A stretch of 43,514 bases of DNA, taken from contig CALXVF010000001.1 in assembly GCA_944391895.1 (NCBI GenBank), positions 1 through 43,514 of the forward strand, read 5' to 3'. This stretch comes from an uncultured Clostridia bacterium (lineage in GTDB: Bacteria > Bacillota > Clostridia > TANB77 > CAG-508). Both the position numbers and the translations under genes were made by a program. This document shows, one piece after another, positions 1-7,888 of the stretch (the first letter of the stretch is position 1; each line of letters begins with the position of its first letter). The notes under the pieces are model-generated. The model was given only the letters and a program-made list of their open reading frames with translations, ran no database searches and was not told the origin of the DNA.

Positions 1-179
1 TTTGCAAATTCTTTTGCAACTTTTTTCCCATATTCTGTAGGCTTTCTTGTTCCCACAATTGCTAATGCTTGTGTATTTAATAGTTCTTCATTTCCTTCCA
101 CATATAATATTTGTGGCGAATTTGGTATCTTTAGTAAGTTTTTTGGATAATTACTATCCTCTTTTTTGATTAATTTCAT
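1..179 (-). CDS. dprA: DNA-processing protein DprA/Smf, N-terminal fragment (gene runs off the left edge)
   Basis: Own reverse-strand translation from the ATG at 179..177: MKLIKKEDSNYPKNLLKIPNSPQILYVEGNEELLNTQALAIVGTRKPTEYGKKVAKEFA. The YPxxL..P..LY..GN..LL..AIVGtR..t.YG pattern is typical of DprA. AAGGAG lies a few nt upstream. Confidence 0.6.
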   Translation of the reverse strand, partial: MKLIKKEDSNYPKNLLKIPNSPQILYVEGNEELLNTQALAIVGTRKPTEYGKKVAKEFA

Positions 180-276
180 TTTTCTCCTTTTGGGAAATTT
201 TTAAGAATTAAATTTTAAATAAAAATATTTTGAATGAATAAAAATATTATAATACAGTTTCCATTATTTGTAAAGT

Positions 277-309
277 AAAAGTCGTCGACAGATTTCGACA
301 ACTTTTTTT
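277..309 (-). terminator. Rho-independent terminator candidate closing the radical-SAM operon
   Basis: AAAAGTCGTCGA-cagatt-TCGACAACTTTT forms a 12-bp stem. Its single mismatch becomes a G-U pair in the minus-sense RNA. A T-run follows in the minus sense. It lies between the stop of 493..1500 and the start of dprA. Confidence 0.5.
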
Positions 310-411
310 AATATTATATCTTATAGATTTTCAATAATACAACTGAATTTTTATTATATAGAAATATGATTCATAAAACAGACAAAATCAGGTATTAATT
401 TCATTATCATT

Positions 412-444
412 AAACAGTGAATATAATAATTATACTCACTGTTT
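412..444. other. AT-rich 14-bp inverted repeat (hairpin) about 50 nt downstream of the last operon gene
   Basis: AAACAGTGAATATA-ataat-TATACTCACTGTTT with one mismatch. There is no clean T-run in the minus sense, so its function is unclear. Confidence 0.3.
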
Positions 445-492
445 TAATTTTTACATTTGCTTTTTTCTGAATTGCCATAATCACATTATCTT

Positions 493-1500
493 CTATTCTT
501 CTTTATAATGACAATTCATAATTCCACAACCATAAGTACATTGACTCATCTTTTCTCTTAACTCTTTATTTTTATTCCATATTTCTTTTAATGTCTCTGT
601 TCTAACATTTCCACATGATTTTACTCCTAATCTTGCCATATCAAAACAAAACTGAGTTTCACCATCTTCATTAATGATAAATAATGTATTCATTGCTTCG
701 CATTTTTTAAATGGCAATTTAACTGGATTTTTAAAATAAGTCAATATGTCTATAAACTGTTCTTCTGTTTGAGTTATTATTTTATGTGCACTTTTTAATT
801 TTAAAATTTCACTTATTCCTTTTTCAGCCTCTTCATATGTAGGATATAAAGAACTTTCTTCTTTCCAGTTATCTTTATATTCAGATGAAAAATTTGGTTG
901 TATTGCTTGAAAAAATATAGCATCAAAACCTATTTTCTCAAAAAATTCTATTATTCCTTTAATATTATTTAAATTATTTTTTCCTAATAAACTACTTGCA
1001 TAAATTTTTGTTTTATTATTAATATTATTTCTTAATTCTATAATATCTTTAGCAAATTTAGTTGTTAATTGAAAAGCGTCTTCATTTCCTCTAATATTAT
1101 TATGTATTTTTTCATCATTACTATCTATAGAAATAAGAATAAATTCTAGATCTAAATCTAAAATTCTCTTAAGTTCTTCTTTTTCTATTAATGTTCCATT
1201 AGTAGTAACACTTGCCCTTAAACCAACTTTCTTACATTCTTCTGCCAATTTATAAAATATATCTTTTCTGGCAAATGGTTCTCCTCCTGTAAGGCTTATT
1301 CTAATATCTTTATTCCATTTTTTTATATCATGTATTATTTTCAATTTTTCTTCTAAAGTAAGTGCATTATTCCTAATAGTAGAATCGTTTTTATGATAAT
1401 CACATTGAATACATTTTAAATTACAGGTTTCAGTAGTTCTTAGGAAAACCGTGCTAGGATTAGTTGTTAATTTTATCATACATTTCCTCATTTCTCTCAT
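493..1500 (-). CDS. Radical SAM enzyme with C-terminal SPASM/twitch-like Cys cluster
   Basis: CNLKCIQC (CX3CX2C) near the N-terminus; GGEPF SAM-binding motif; C-terminal C-x13-G-x4-C followed by QCTYGCGIMNC. ATGA start/stop overlap with the upstream gene. Confidence 0.85.
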   Translation of the reverse strand: MREMRKCMIKLTTNPSTVFLRTTETCNLKCIQCDYHKNDSTIRNNALTLEEKLKIIHDIKKWNKDIRISLTGGEPFARKDIFYKLAEECKKVGLRASVTTNGTLIEKEELKRILDLDLEFILISIDSNDEKIHNNIRGNEDAFQLTTKFAKDIIELRNNINNKTKIYASSLLGKNNLNNIKGIIEFFEKIGFDAIFFQAIQPNFSSEYKDNWKEESSLYPTYEEAEKGISEILKLKSAHKIITQTEEQFIDILTYFKNPVKLPFKKCEAMNTLFIINEDGETQFCFDMARLGVKSCGNVRTETLKEIWNKNKELREKMSQCTYGCGIMNCHYKEE

Positions 1501-2792
1501 AAATTTTTTCTATATTCTTCCGTTCCATATATTAGGTCTAAAAAAAGTGATTCATCCATTCCATCTGGCATATAATTAATATATGTCATTTTATCCATAG
1601 AATTAATATCCTCTATTGTAAGAGTTTCATCTTTGTCTTTTTGTGTTAATATTTGTCTAGGTGAATATGCTGCAATTCTTATTTCTTTTGCTCCTACTTT
1701 TTTCAAAAAACTCAAAGACTCTTTAAGATTACTTCTTGTTTGTCCTTTTATTCCCATCATTAAAAGTGGCTTTATTTCTACATTATATTTGTTAGCAATA
1801 TTAAACATATTTTCCACACTTTTTTTATAATGATTTAAATCTTTAAATTTTTTTAACTCTCTATTAGCTTCAATATCTAAAGTTTCAATTCCTACAGCTA
1901 TTTTCTTACAGCCTGATTTTGACATTTTACAAATCATTTTTTCATTTTGCAACTTATCTGTTCTTGATGTCGTTACCCAGTTAATGTTTTCACCAGTTTC
2001 AATAAGTTTATCACAAAAATCTTCAACCCATTTTTCATCATATGTAAATGTTGGTGAGAATAATTTATATGTTTCTACTTTATTTTTATTTTGTACCATA
2101 TATTCGACTAATTCATTAATATCTTTTCTTCTATCATCTTTATCAAATGTTTTTACGGCTAAACAAAACTTACAATTATATGGACATCCTCGTGATGCAG
2201 ATATCGTTACTTCATTATGTCTCAATTGCTTATATAAATCAATATCTATTAAATTGCTGTCTAAATCTGGGAAATTCCATTCTGTAAAATCCTCTCCATT
2301 ACATCTAGTAGCATTAATCCATTTATTATCTATTTTTAATGTTATTCCTGGTATGCTATTATCTAAAAAATCTTCATTTTTTAAATATTTTATATAATTA
2401 CATATTGCAACTTCCCAGTCTCCACTTTCTATTATCGCATCTAAATCTCTCAGATTTTTCTTAATAAAATTTGGGAACATACAAGTAGCATCTCCATATG
2501 CTAATAATTTTGTTTGTTTTGATATTTTGCTTACTAGTGGAACTAATTTTAGTAAAGAATTTACAGTTTCTATTCGTATTAAAAAACAAATTAAATCATA
2601 TTTATTTTTAGCAATTTCTTCCAATATTTCGGCATGAGAAATTTTAGGACTTAAGCAGTCCATAATCTTTACTTCATTTCCGTTTTTTGATACATAAGTA
2701 GCTATTTCCGCTAAATATGCCCATCTTTTTGGAATTTTAGTATTCACTGGCATATAAAATGTTTCTTCTGCTTCTACAAATAAAACTTTCAT
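1497..2792 (-). CDS. B12-binding-domain (class B) radical SAM enzyme
   Basis: N-terminal Rossmann-like cobalamin-binding-type region followed by SRGCPYNCKFC (CX3CX2C). I placed the start at the 4th codon of the track ORF (ATG at 2792) because GGGGG lies 9 nt upstream. The ORF is open to 2801. Confidence 0.85.
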   Translation of the reverse strand: MKVLFVEAEETFYMPVNTKIPKRWAYLAEIATYVSKNGNEVKIMDCLSPKISHAEILEEIAKNKYDLICFLIRIETVNSLLKLVPLVSKISKQTKLLAYGDATCMFPNFIKKNLRDLDAIIESGDWEVAICNYIKYLKNEDFLDNSIPGITLKIDNKWINATRCNGEDFTEWNFPDLDSNLIDIDLYKQLRHNEVTISASRGCPYNCKFCLAVKTFDKDDRRKDINELVEYMVQNKNKVETYKLFSPTFTYDEKWVEDFCDKLIETGENINWVTTSRTDKLQNEKMICKMSKSGCKKIAVGIETLDIEANRELKKFKDLNHYKKSVENMFNIANKYNVEIKPLLMMGIKGQTRSNLKESLSFLKKVGAKEIRIAAYSPRQILTQKDKDETLTIEDINSMDKMTYINYMPDGMDESLFLDLIYGTEEYRKNL

Positions 2793-2818
2793 TACATTCA
2801 TCCCCCTTTTTATAACAC

Positions 2819-4414
2819 TTATTTAATTCTTTCAAATAATGGTAAAATATTATCTAATATAATTTCTTTTTGTATTTCTACTGGTTTCCATTTAGTAATA
2901 TCTATATTCAAATATTTACTTAAACTTTCAGAAGAATCTGGCATAACTGGTTCAAGTAGATTAGATAAATTTGCAATAATATAAGTACAATTATATATAA
3001 CTTTATTGAATTTCTCCATATTTTCTTTATAAAGAATCCATGGTTTTTCATCATCATAATATTTATTTCCAAACTCGATTAAATTAATTATTTCTTGTAT
3101 TGCATTTCTAAATTCTAATTTTTCTATATAATCACTGACTGCACTATAAGTTTTTTCAACTTTATCTTTTATGTCTTTTTCTACTGTATTTATCATTATT
3201 TTTTCTAATCCTTTAAAATTAAGTGTTCTATTAACAAAATTGCCATACTTATTAACTAAATCAGTATTATGAACAGTTTTAAAATCTTCTAATGAAAAAT
3301 TACTATCCTTCTTTTCTGGGCCATTACTAATAAAATAATACCTTATAGAATCTATATTATATTCATTTGCTAATTCTAATATTGTAATTCCGTTTCCCTT
3401 ACTTTTAGAAATTTTTTCATCATTGATATTTAGATATTCACAAGATACCATTTTATCCGGTAATTTCATATTATCTTCCATTGCTAACAATAATCCTGGA
3501 AGTATTATACTATGAAAAATAATGTTGTCTTTTCCATGAACCATATACATCAATGTTTGTTCATTTTTCCAATAATTTTCCCAATTCAAATTATTTTCTT
3601 CACAATATCTCATTGTAGTTGTTATATATCCTAGAACTGCCTCTATCCAAACATACATTTTTTTGTTTTCATAGCCTTTTATTGGGACATCTACTCCCCA
3701 ATCTAAATCTCTTGTAACTGCTCTATCTATTAATCCTTGCTTTAAATATTTCAAAGTTTCATTCTGAGAGTTTTTTCTCCAATTAGCATGATTTTGCTCA
3801 TAATATTCTTCAATCTTATTTTGTAGTTTAGTTAGCATTAAATAAAGATTTTTATTTTTTTTCTCTATTACTGTTGTTCCGCATTCTTGACATTTTGCTT
3901 TTTTCAAATCTTCATCATTTGGATTATATCCACAGTCGCACTCTTCACCTTTTGTTTCTTTTCCACAATTCGGACACTGCAATATTAGTTCCCTATCTGC
4001 TAAGAATTTATTGCATTTTGGACAATATGGTTGTAAATCTTCCTTCTCAACTATATATCCATTATCATAAATTCTTTTAAAAATTTTTTTAACTTCCTCT
4101 TTGTGATATTCCTCTTCTGTCTTCGTATACAAATTGTAGGAAAAATTCATTTTATTAAATGCATTCTTAAATTCCATATGATATTGTTCACATATTTCTT
4201 TTGGACTCTTTTTCTCTTTTTTTGCCCTTATAGTAATTGGCGTTCCATGACAGTCTGTTCCTGAAACATATATAACATTATCTCCTAGTTTTCTATGATA
4301 TCTAGCCAAAAAATCTCCTGGCAATAATGCAACTAAATGTCCTAAATGTAAAGAACTATTTGCATATGGCCATGCACCACCTATTATTATGTTTCTACCC
4401 ATAATGATTTTCAT
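2819..4414 (-). CDS. metG: Methionine--tRNA ligase, short form (531 aa, no C-terminal tRNA-binding/dimerisation domain), embedded in the operon
   Basis: HIGH motif as HLGH (AWPYANSSLHLGHL); KMSKS motif as KISKS; connective-peptide zinc knuckles CPKC..CPNC..CDC..CQEC. The start overlaps the upstream HAD gene by 20 nt. Confidence 0.9.
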   Translation of the reverse strand: MKIIMGRNIIIGGAWPYANSSLHLGHLVALLPGDFLARYHRKLGDNVIYVSGTDCHGTPITIRAKKEKKSPKEICEQYHMEFKNAFNKMNFSYNLYTKTEEEYHKEEVKKIFKRIYDNGYIVEKEDLQPYCPKCNKFLADRELILQCPNCGKETKGEECDCGYNPNDEDLKKAKCQECGTTVIEKKNKNLYLMLTKLQNKIEEYYEQNHANWRKNSQNETLKYLKQGLIDRAVTRDLDWGVDVPIKGYENKKMYVWIEAVLGYITTTMRYCEENNLNWENYWKNEQTLMYMVHGKDNIIFHSIILPGLLLAMEDNMKLPDKMVSCEYLNINDEKISKSKGNGITILELANEYNIDSIRYYFISNGPEKKDSNFSLEDFKTVHNTDLVNKYGNFVNRTLNFKGLEKIMINTVEKDIKDKVEKTYSAVSDYIEKLEFRNAIQEIINLIEFGNKYYDDEKPWILYKENMEKFNKVIYNCTYIIANLSNLLEPVMPDSSESLSKYLNIDITKWKPVEIQKEIILDNILPLFERIK

Positions 4415-5036
4415 TCCTTTCTTTTAATTCCTCTATTAAATTTCTATTAGCCTTATTCCAATTAGAATATCCTCCATCAAATAATATTGTATCAAATCCA
4501 ATTTTTTTAGCAGATTCGATATTATTAACTTCATCATCAATAAATAACACATTTTGATTTTGTATTTTTTGCATAATCTTTATAAAATATTTTTCCTTAT
4601 CTGCCTTCTTGGTCATTCTATCAAAAACAGATATGAAAACCAATTCATTATCACAAAAATCCAAAAAATCTTTATAAAATGTTTTCACTATTGATAATCC
4701 TATTTGACTTAAATCTGAAATAATACCTATTCTATATTGTTTGCTTAAGACATCTTTTATATAAGATAATAATTCTTCATTTCTAACCACTTCAATATTT
4801 TTTATGTCATACTTAATATTATTATCTGTAACTTTTACAATTTTAAACATTTTTTCCCAAGTATCTTCTAATGATATGTTTCCATAAAATGAATCATTTA
4901 ATATCTTTGATGTTTCTTTTCTAAATTCTTCTATTGAAATATTATTATTTCTATTTTCAAAAATTTTATTTAATATTTCACCATGTATTGGTTTTAATAT
5001 TACGTTTCCTATATCCCATAATATTATATCTTTCAT
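4395..5036 (-). CDS. HAD-IA family phosphatase, YihX-like
   Basis: Motif I WDIGNV (compare E. coli YihX FDLGNV), motif II ISDLS, motif IV FIDDEVNNIESAKKIGF (compare YihX FFDDNADNIEGA). GGTGGA SD upstream. Confidence 0.75.
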   Translation of the reverse strand: MKDIILWDIGNVILKPIHGEILNKIFENRNNNISIEEFRKETSKILNDSFYGNISLEDTWEKMFKIVKVTDNNIKYDIKNIEVVRNEELLSYIKDVLSKQYRIGIISDLSQIGLSIVKTFYKDFLDFCDNELVFISVFDRMTKKADKEKYFIKIMQKIQNQNVLFIDDEVNNIESAKKIGFDTILFDGGYSNWNKANRNLIEELKERNENHYG

Positions 5037-5046
5037 TTTCCACCTA

Positions 5047-6852
5047 CTATCCTATGTGATAACTTTTTAGTTTATCAACTAATATTTTGTTAAATTCTCT
5101 CCTATTAACAGAAATTCTAATCCATTCTCCATTAATTTCAGAATATGAATTTGATAATTCTCTTATATATATTCCATCTTCTTGTAACTTTTCTGCTAAA
5201 TCTACAGCTGTAATTCCTCTTTTTATTTTACAAATTATAAAATTAGTAATACTAGGCTTTACTTCTAACCAATCAAATTTATTTAATTCATCTTCTAATT
5301 CTTTAACAAGTAAATGTATATCTTTTCTTGTTTTTTCGACAAAATCCTTATCTTTCAAACAAATAGGAAATATTACTTGTGACATTGTATTTAATGAATA
5401 TGGTATTTGCCATTTCTTATATTTTTCAATAACCTCACTATTAGAAATTAATGCTCCAACTCTTAATCCTGCAACACTAAATAATTTAGATAATGAATAT
5501 ACTATTGAAACATTTTTTAATTCTTCTACATTTTTACTTAACGTTTCATCAAAGAAATTATCATGAAGTAATAGATGTGATTCATCTATTATAAAATGGC
5601 AATTTTTATTTTCTTTTATAATTTTTAATAAATCCTTTATATATATATAAGATGATGTAGGATTATTAGGATTACAAATAAACATCATTGTTGATTCTTT
5701 AGCTGCTCTATCAAGCTGTTCTAAATCATAGTCTAACTCTTTATTTAATGTAATTTTCTTGTATTTTTTTCCTAATACTTCTAATCCTGCTGAATACCCC
5801 CAATATGTTGGAGCTATTACTGTAGCTTTTGAACTATCTAGGAATCTTGGCAACGCATATATAGCTTCAAGAGAGCCGTTTGCTATCGCTATATTTTCTA
5901 TATTCACTTTAAAAAATTCTGCTAAGTCATTGTTAATTTCAATATTTTTATAATCTGAATAAACATTAATATATCCTGAACATTGTTTTAGTGCCTGTTG
6001 AACCTTCTCTGTGGGACCAAGTGGATTAGCATTTTCCGAGAAATCATAACCTCCCATTTTTGGATATTCTTTTAACTCCATATTAACATTTTCAAAATTA
6101 TTTGAATCCGCAATTAATATAGATTTCTTTATCCATGTTTCTTCACAACAATATTTATTTTGGTTTTTTATCATATTTCCCATTTCTACATTTTTTTCAA
6201 AATGTTCTTTCGTATATTTCAATAAATGCTCATATAAATTTTTATATTCTTTTTTATATCCTAAAAAATCTTCTCCTTCTGCTCCAGTAAAAGGATTTTT
6301 GCATAAATTATCTACAAATTGACTTATTGTTACAAATCTATTAGCTGTGTATGAAAACATGACTCTTATTATTACATCCCATGCTCTATCTCTATAAGTT
6401 TCTAATATTTTTTTATTTCCAGATATAACAATTGAATTAGCTGTTAAAACATATAATAACAATCTATATTTCACATTAATAGAAGATAAAAATTCTTCTG
6501 ACTTTTCTATTTCTGGAATATAAAATTTTCTTCTAAAAATCTGGAAAGGGGGTTTCATTAACATTTTCTCTATATCAAAATAAGAATAAATTGCTTTACT
6601 TTCAAATGGTACTTCATTGTCAATTTTCATATTATTATCAAAATGAAATTTAACAGTTATATCTTTGATTTTCTTCTCATCTTCTCTATTATAATTATGC
6701 AATATTGTACATACATCTAAATCACTATTCTCAACGCCTTCAACTGAAGAACCATATAACAATACTATAGGTTCTTCATCTGGGAAAATTTTATTCACTT
6801 CTTGTGCATATTTTTTAGATAATTCTTCTATTTTTTTAGTTAAATTCGCCAT
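5047..6852 (-). CDS. Fusion protein: N-terminal Pol-beta-type nucleotidyltransferase plus C-terminal class I/II PLP aminotransferase (HisC/CobD-like)
   Basis: N-terminal LLYGSSVEGVENSDLDV (GS...DxD NTase signature). C-terminal half has NPNNPTS and the PLP-lysine motif YSLSKLFSVAGLRVG. AAAGGAG SD upstream. Confidence 0.75.
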   Translation of the reverse strand: MANLTKKIEELSKKYAQEVNKIFPDEEPIVLLYGSSVEGVENSDLDVCTILHNYNREDEKKIKDITVKFHFDNNMKIDNEVPFESKAIYSYFDIEKMLMKPPFQIFRRKFYIPEIEKSEEFLSSINVKYRLLLYVLTANSIVISGNKKILETYRDRAWDVIIRVMFSYTANRFVTISQFVDNLCKNPFTGAEGEDFLGYKKEYKNLYEHLLKYTKEHFEKNVEMGNMIKNQNKYCCEETWIKKSILIADSNNFENVNMELKEYPKMGGYDFSENANPLGPTEKVQQALKQCSGYINVYSDYKNIEINNDLAEFFKVNIENIAIANGSLEAIYALPRFLDSSKATVIAPTYWGYSAGLEVLGKKYKKITLNKELDYDLEQLDRAAKESTMMFICNPNNPTSSYIYIKDLLKIIKENKNCHFIIDESHLLLHDNFFDETLSKNVEELKNVSIVYSLSKLFSVAGLRVGALISNSEVIEKYKKWQIPYSLNTMSQVIFPICLKDKDFVEKTRKDIHLLVKELEDELNKFDWLEVKPSITNFIICKIKRGITAVDLAEKLQEDGIYIRELSNSYSEINGEWIRISVNRREFNKILVDKLKSYHIG

Positions 6853-6855
6853 ATA

Positions 6856-7557
6856 TTAAACTCCTTTCACAAAATTTAATAAATCTTCTAATTTATATCC
6901 TGCTCCTTTTATTCCTTGAGGTGTAAATTTAGGGTTTATTATTATATTTTTTAAGTTTTTATATTTGCTTTTCCATGTAATATTTGTATCATTAACTCTA
7001 CAATTACCTTCAAGATATTTTTCTAATTCTTGACCATTTGCACTTATTATTCCTGTTATATTATCATTCTCTACTGGTTTAATATTTATATTATCGTTTG
7101 CTTTTGCAATATAAACAAATAATTGCAAACATGAGTATTTTTTTCCAGTAATGTTAATATCATCTCTTAATGGCAACTTATATTCAACTATATATAATGG
7201 ATTATAATTTAAAACATCTTGGAATTTAATGGTTGAATTGTTTTCTGTATTCTTTACAATTATCGTATTTTCTATATTAGGAAATTTCAAATCTTTTATA
7301 TCTATATTAACTTCCTCTTTTAATTCTCTTTCTAATGTTTTTTCTATTTTTTCTTCCTTTTCTCTTGTTCCACCAATACCTGTAAACTTAATAATAGGTT
7401 CATTTTTTATATATTTCCAAGATTTTTCCTTGGCCAAAGCAAAATAGATTCTGTTATTTTTTATTAGTAAAACACTAGCACCTTGGTTAATTTGAAATTC
7501 CGAATCAATATATTGATTATAAAATTTATTTGCATACTCGTTAATATCTAGACACAA
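6856..7557 (-). CDS. Nudix-like hydrolase (divergent), TTG start
   Basis: G-TREKE-E-KIEKTLE-RELKEEVNI fits the Nudix box Gx5Ex7REUxEExGU except for G to N at the last G. TTG start 9 nt after AAGGAGGG. Confidence 0.45.
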   Translation of the reverse strand: MCLDINEYANKFYNQYIDSEFQINQGASVLLIKNNRIYFALAKEKSWKYIKNEPIIKFTGIGGTREKEEKIEKTLERELKEEVNIDIKDLKFPNIENTIIVKNTENNSTIKFQDVLNYNPLYIVEYKLPLRDDINITGKKYSCLQLFVYIAKANDNINIKPVENDNITGIISANGQELEKYLEGNCRVNDTNITWKSKYKNLKNIIINPKFTPQGIKGAGYKLEDLLNFVKGV

Positions 7558-7804
7558 CGGGCTTTCCCTCCTTGTATAATATATTTATGGTTTACCTCAG
7601 CATTGATATTACAAAATTCGAATACTTTTTGTCTGCAGAAAATCTTATTCAGTTTTTGTTTGAACATAATTACCAAATCGCTTTCATTAATCCTATTCAA
7701 ACTGACCATATGAAAATTTCTAAACGATACCTCTACTTACATTTGCTATGCAATCAATATAGTTGTTTTTCTTATTATATACAATAATGAAACTTTCCAC
7801 ATTT

Positions 7805-7835
7805 AACAGTTTTCAAAATAATTTTTGAAACTGTT
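7805..7835. promoter_or_regulatory. AT-rich palindrome in the 331-nt internal gap of the operon (weak terminator, attenuator or operator candidate)
   Basis: AACAGTTT(T)CAAAA-taat-TTTTGAAACTGTT: 13 bp of pairing with one bulge, about 55 nt after the decarboxylase stop, no T-run. Confidence 0.3.
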
Positions 7836-7888
7836 ATTAGTCATCCAAATTTTTATCTATTTAAAATACTTAAAAATTTTTAATAATT

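Noticed and set aside
281-300. TCGACA motifs in the 277-309 hairpin (TTCGACA is a perfect reverse Spo0A box), considered as Spo0A sites upstream of dprA
   Set aside because: The motif is fully explained as the two arms of the terminator stem, and there is no independent support for regulation.
7617-7623. TTCGAAT (T-loop-like heptamer) in the gap, checked as a possible dedicated tRNA next to the MetRS paralog (a pyl-like arrangement)
   Set aside because: The flanking 5-mers cannot pair into a T-stem on either strand, and no acceptor or anticodon arms can be drawn. No other tRNA-like GC-rich segment exists in 180-492, 7558-7888 or 10507-10627.
7548-7709. The 53-codon minus-strand ORF in the operon gap, considered as a RiPP precursor for the SPASM radical SAM enzymes
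   Set aside because: It has no ribosome-binding site and overlaps the strongly SD-led TTG start of the next gene. It has only three scattered Cys and no leader/core organisation. The rest of the operon (decarboxylase, aminotransferase, NTase, Nudix, HAD) argues for small-molecule chemistry. I keep it only as a low-probability note in the gap finding.
7572-7787. Plus-strand 71-aa ORF in the operon gap
   Set aside because: It starts at a non-ATG codon with no SD, runs opposite to everything around it, and has a hydrophobic/aromatic shadow-like composition.
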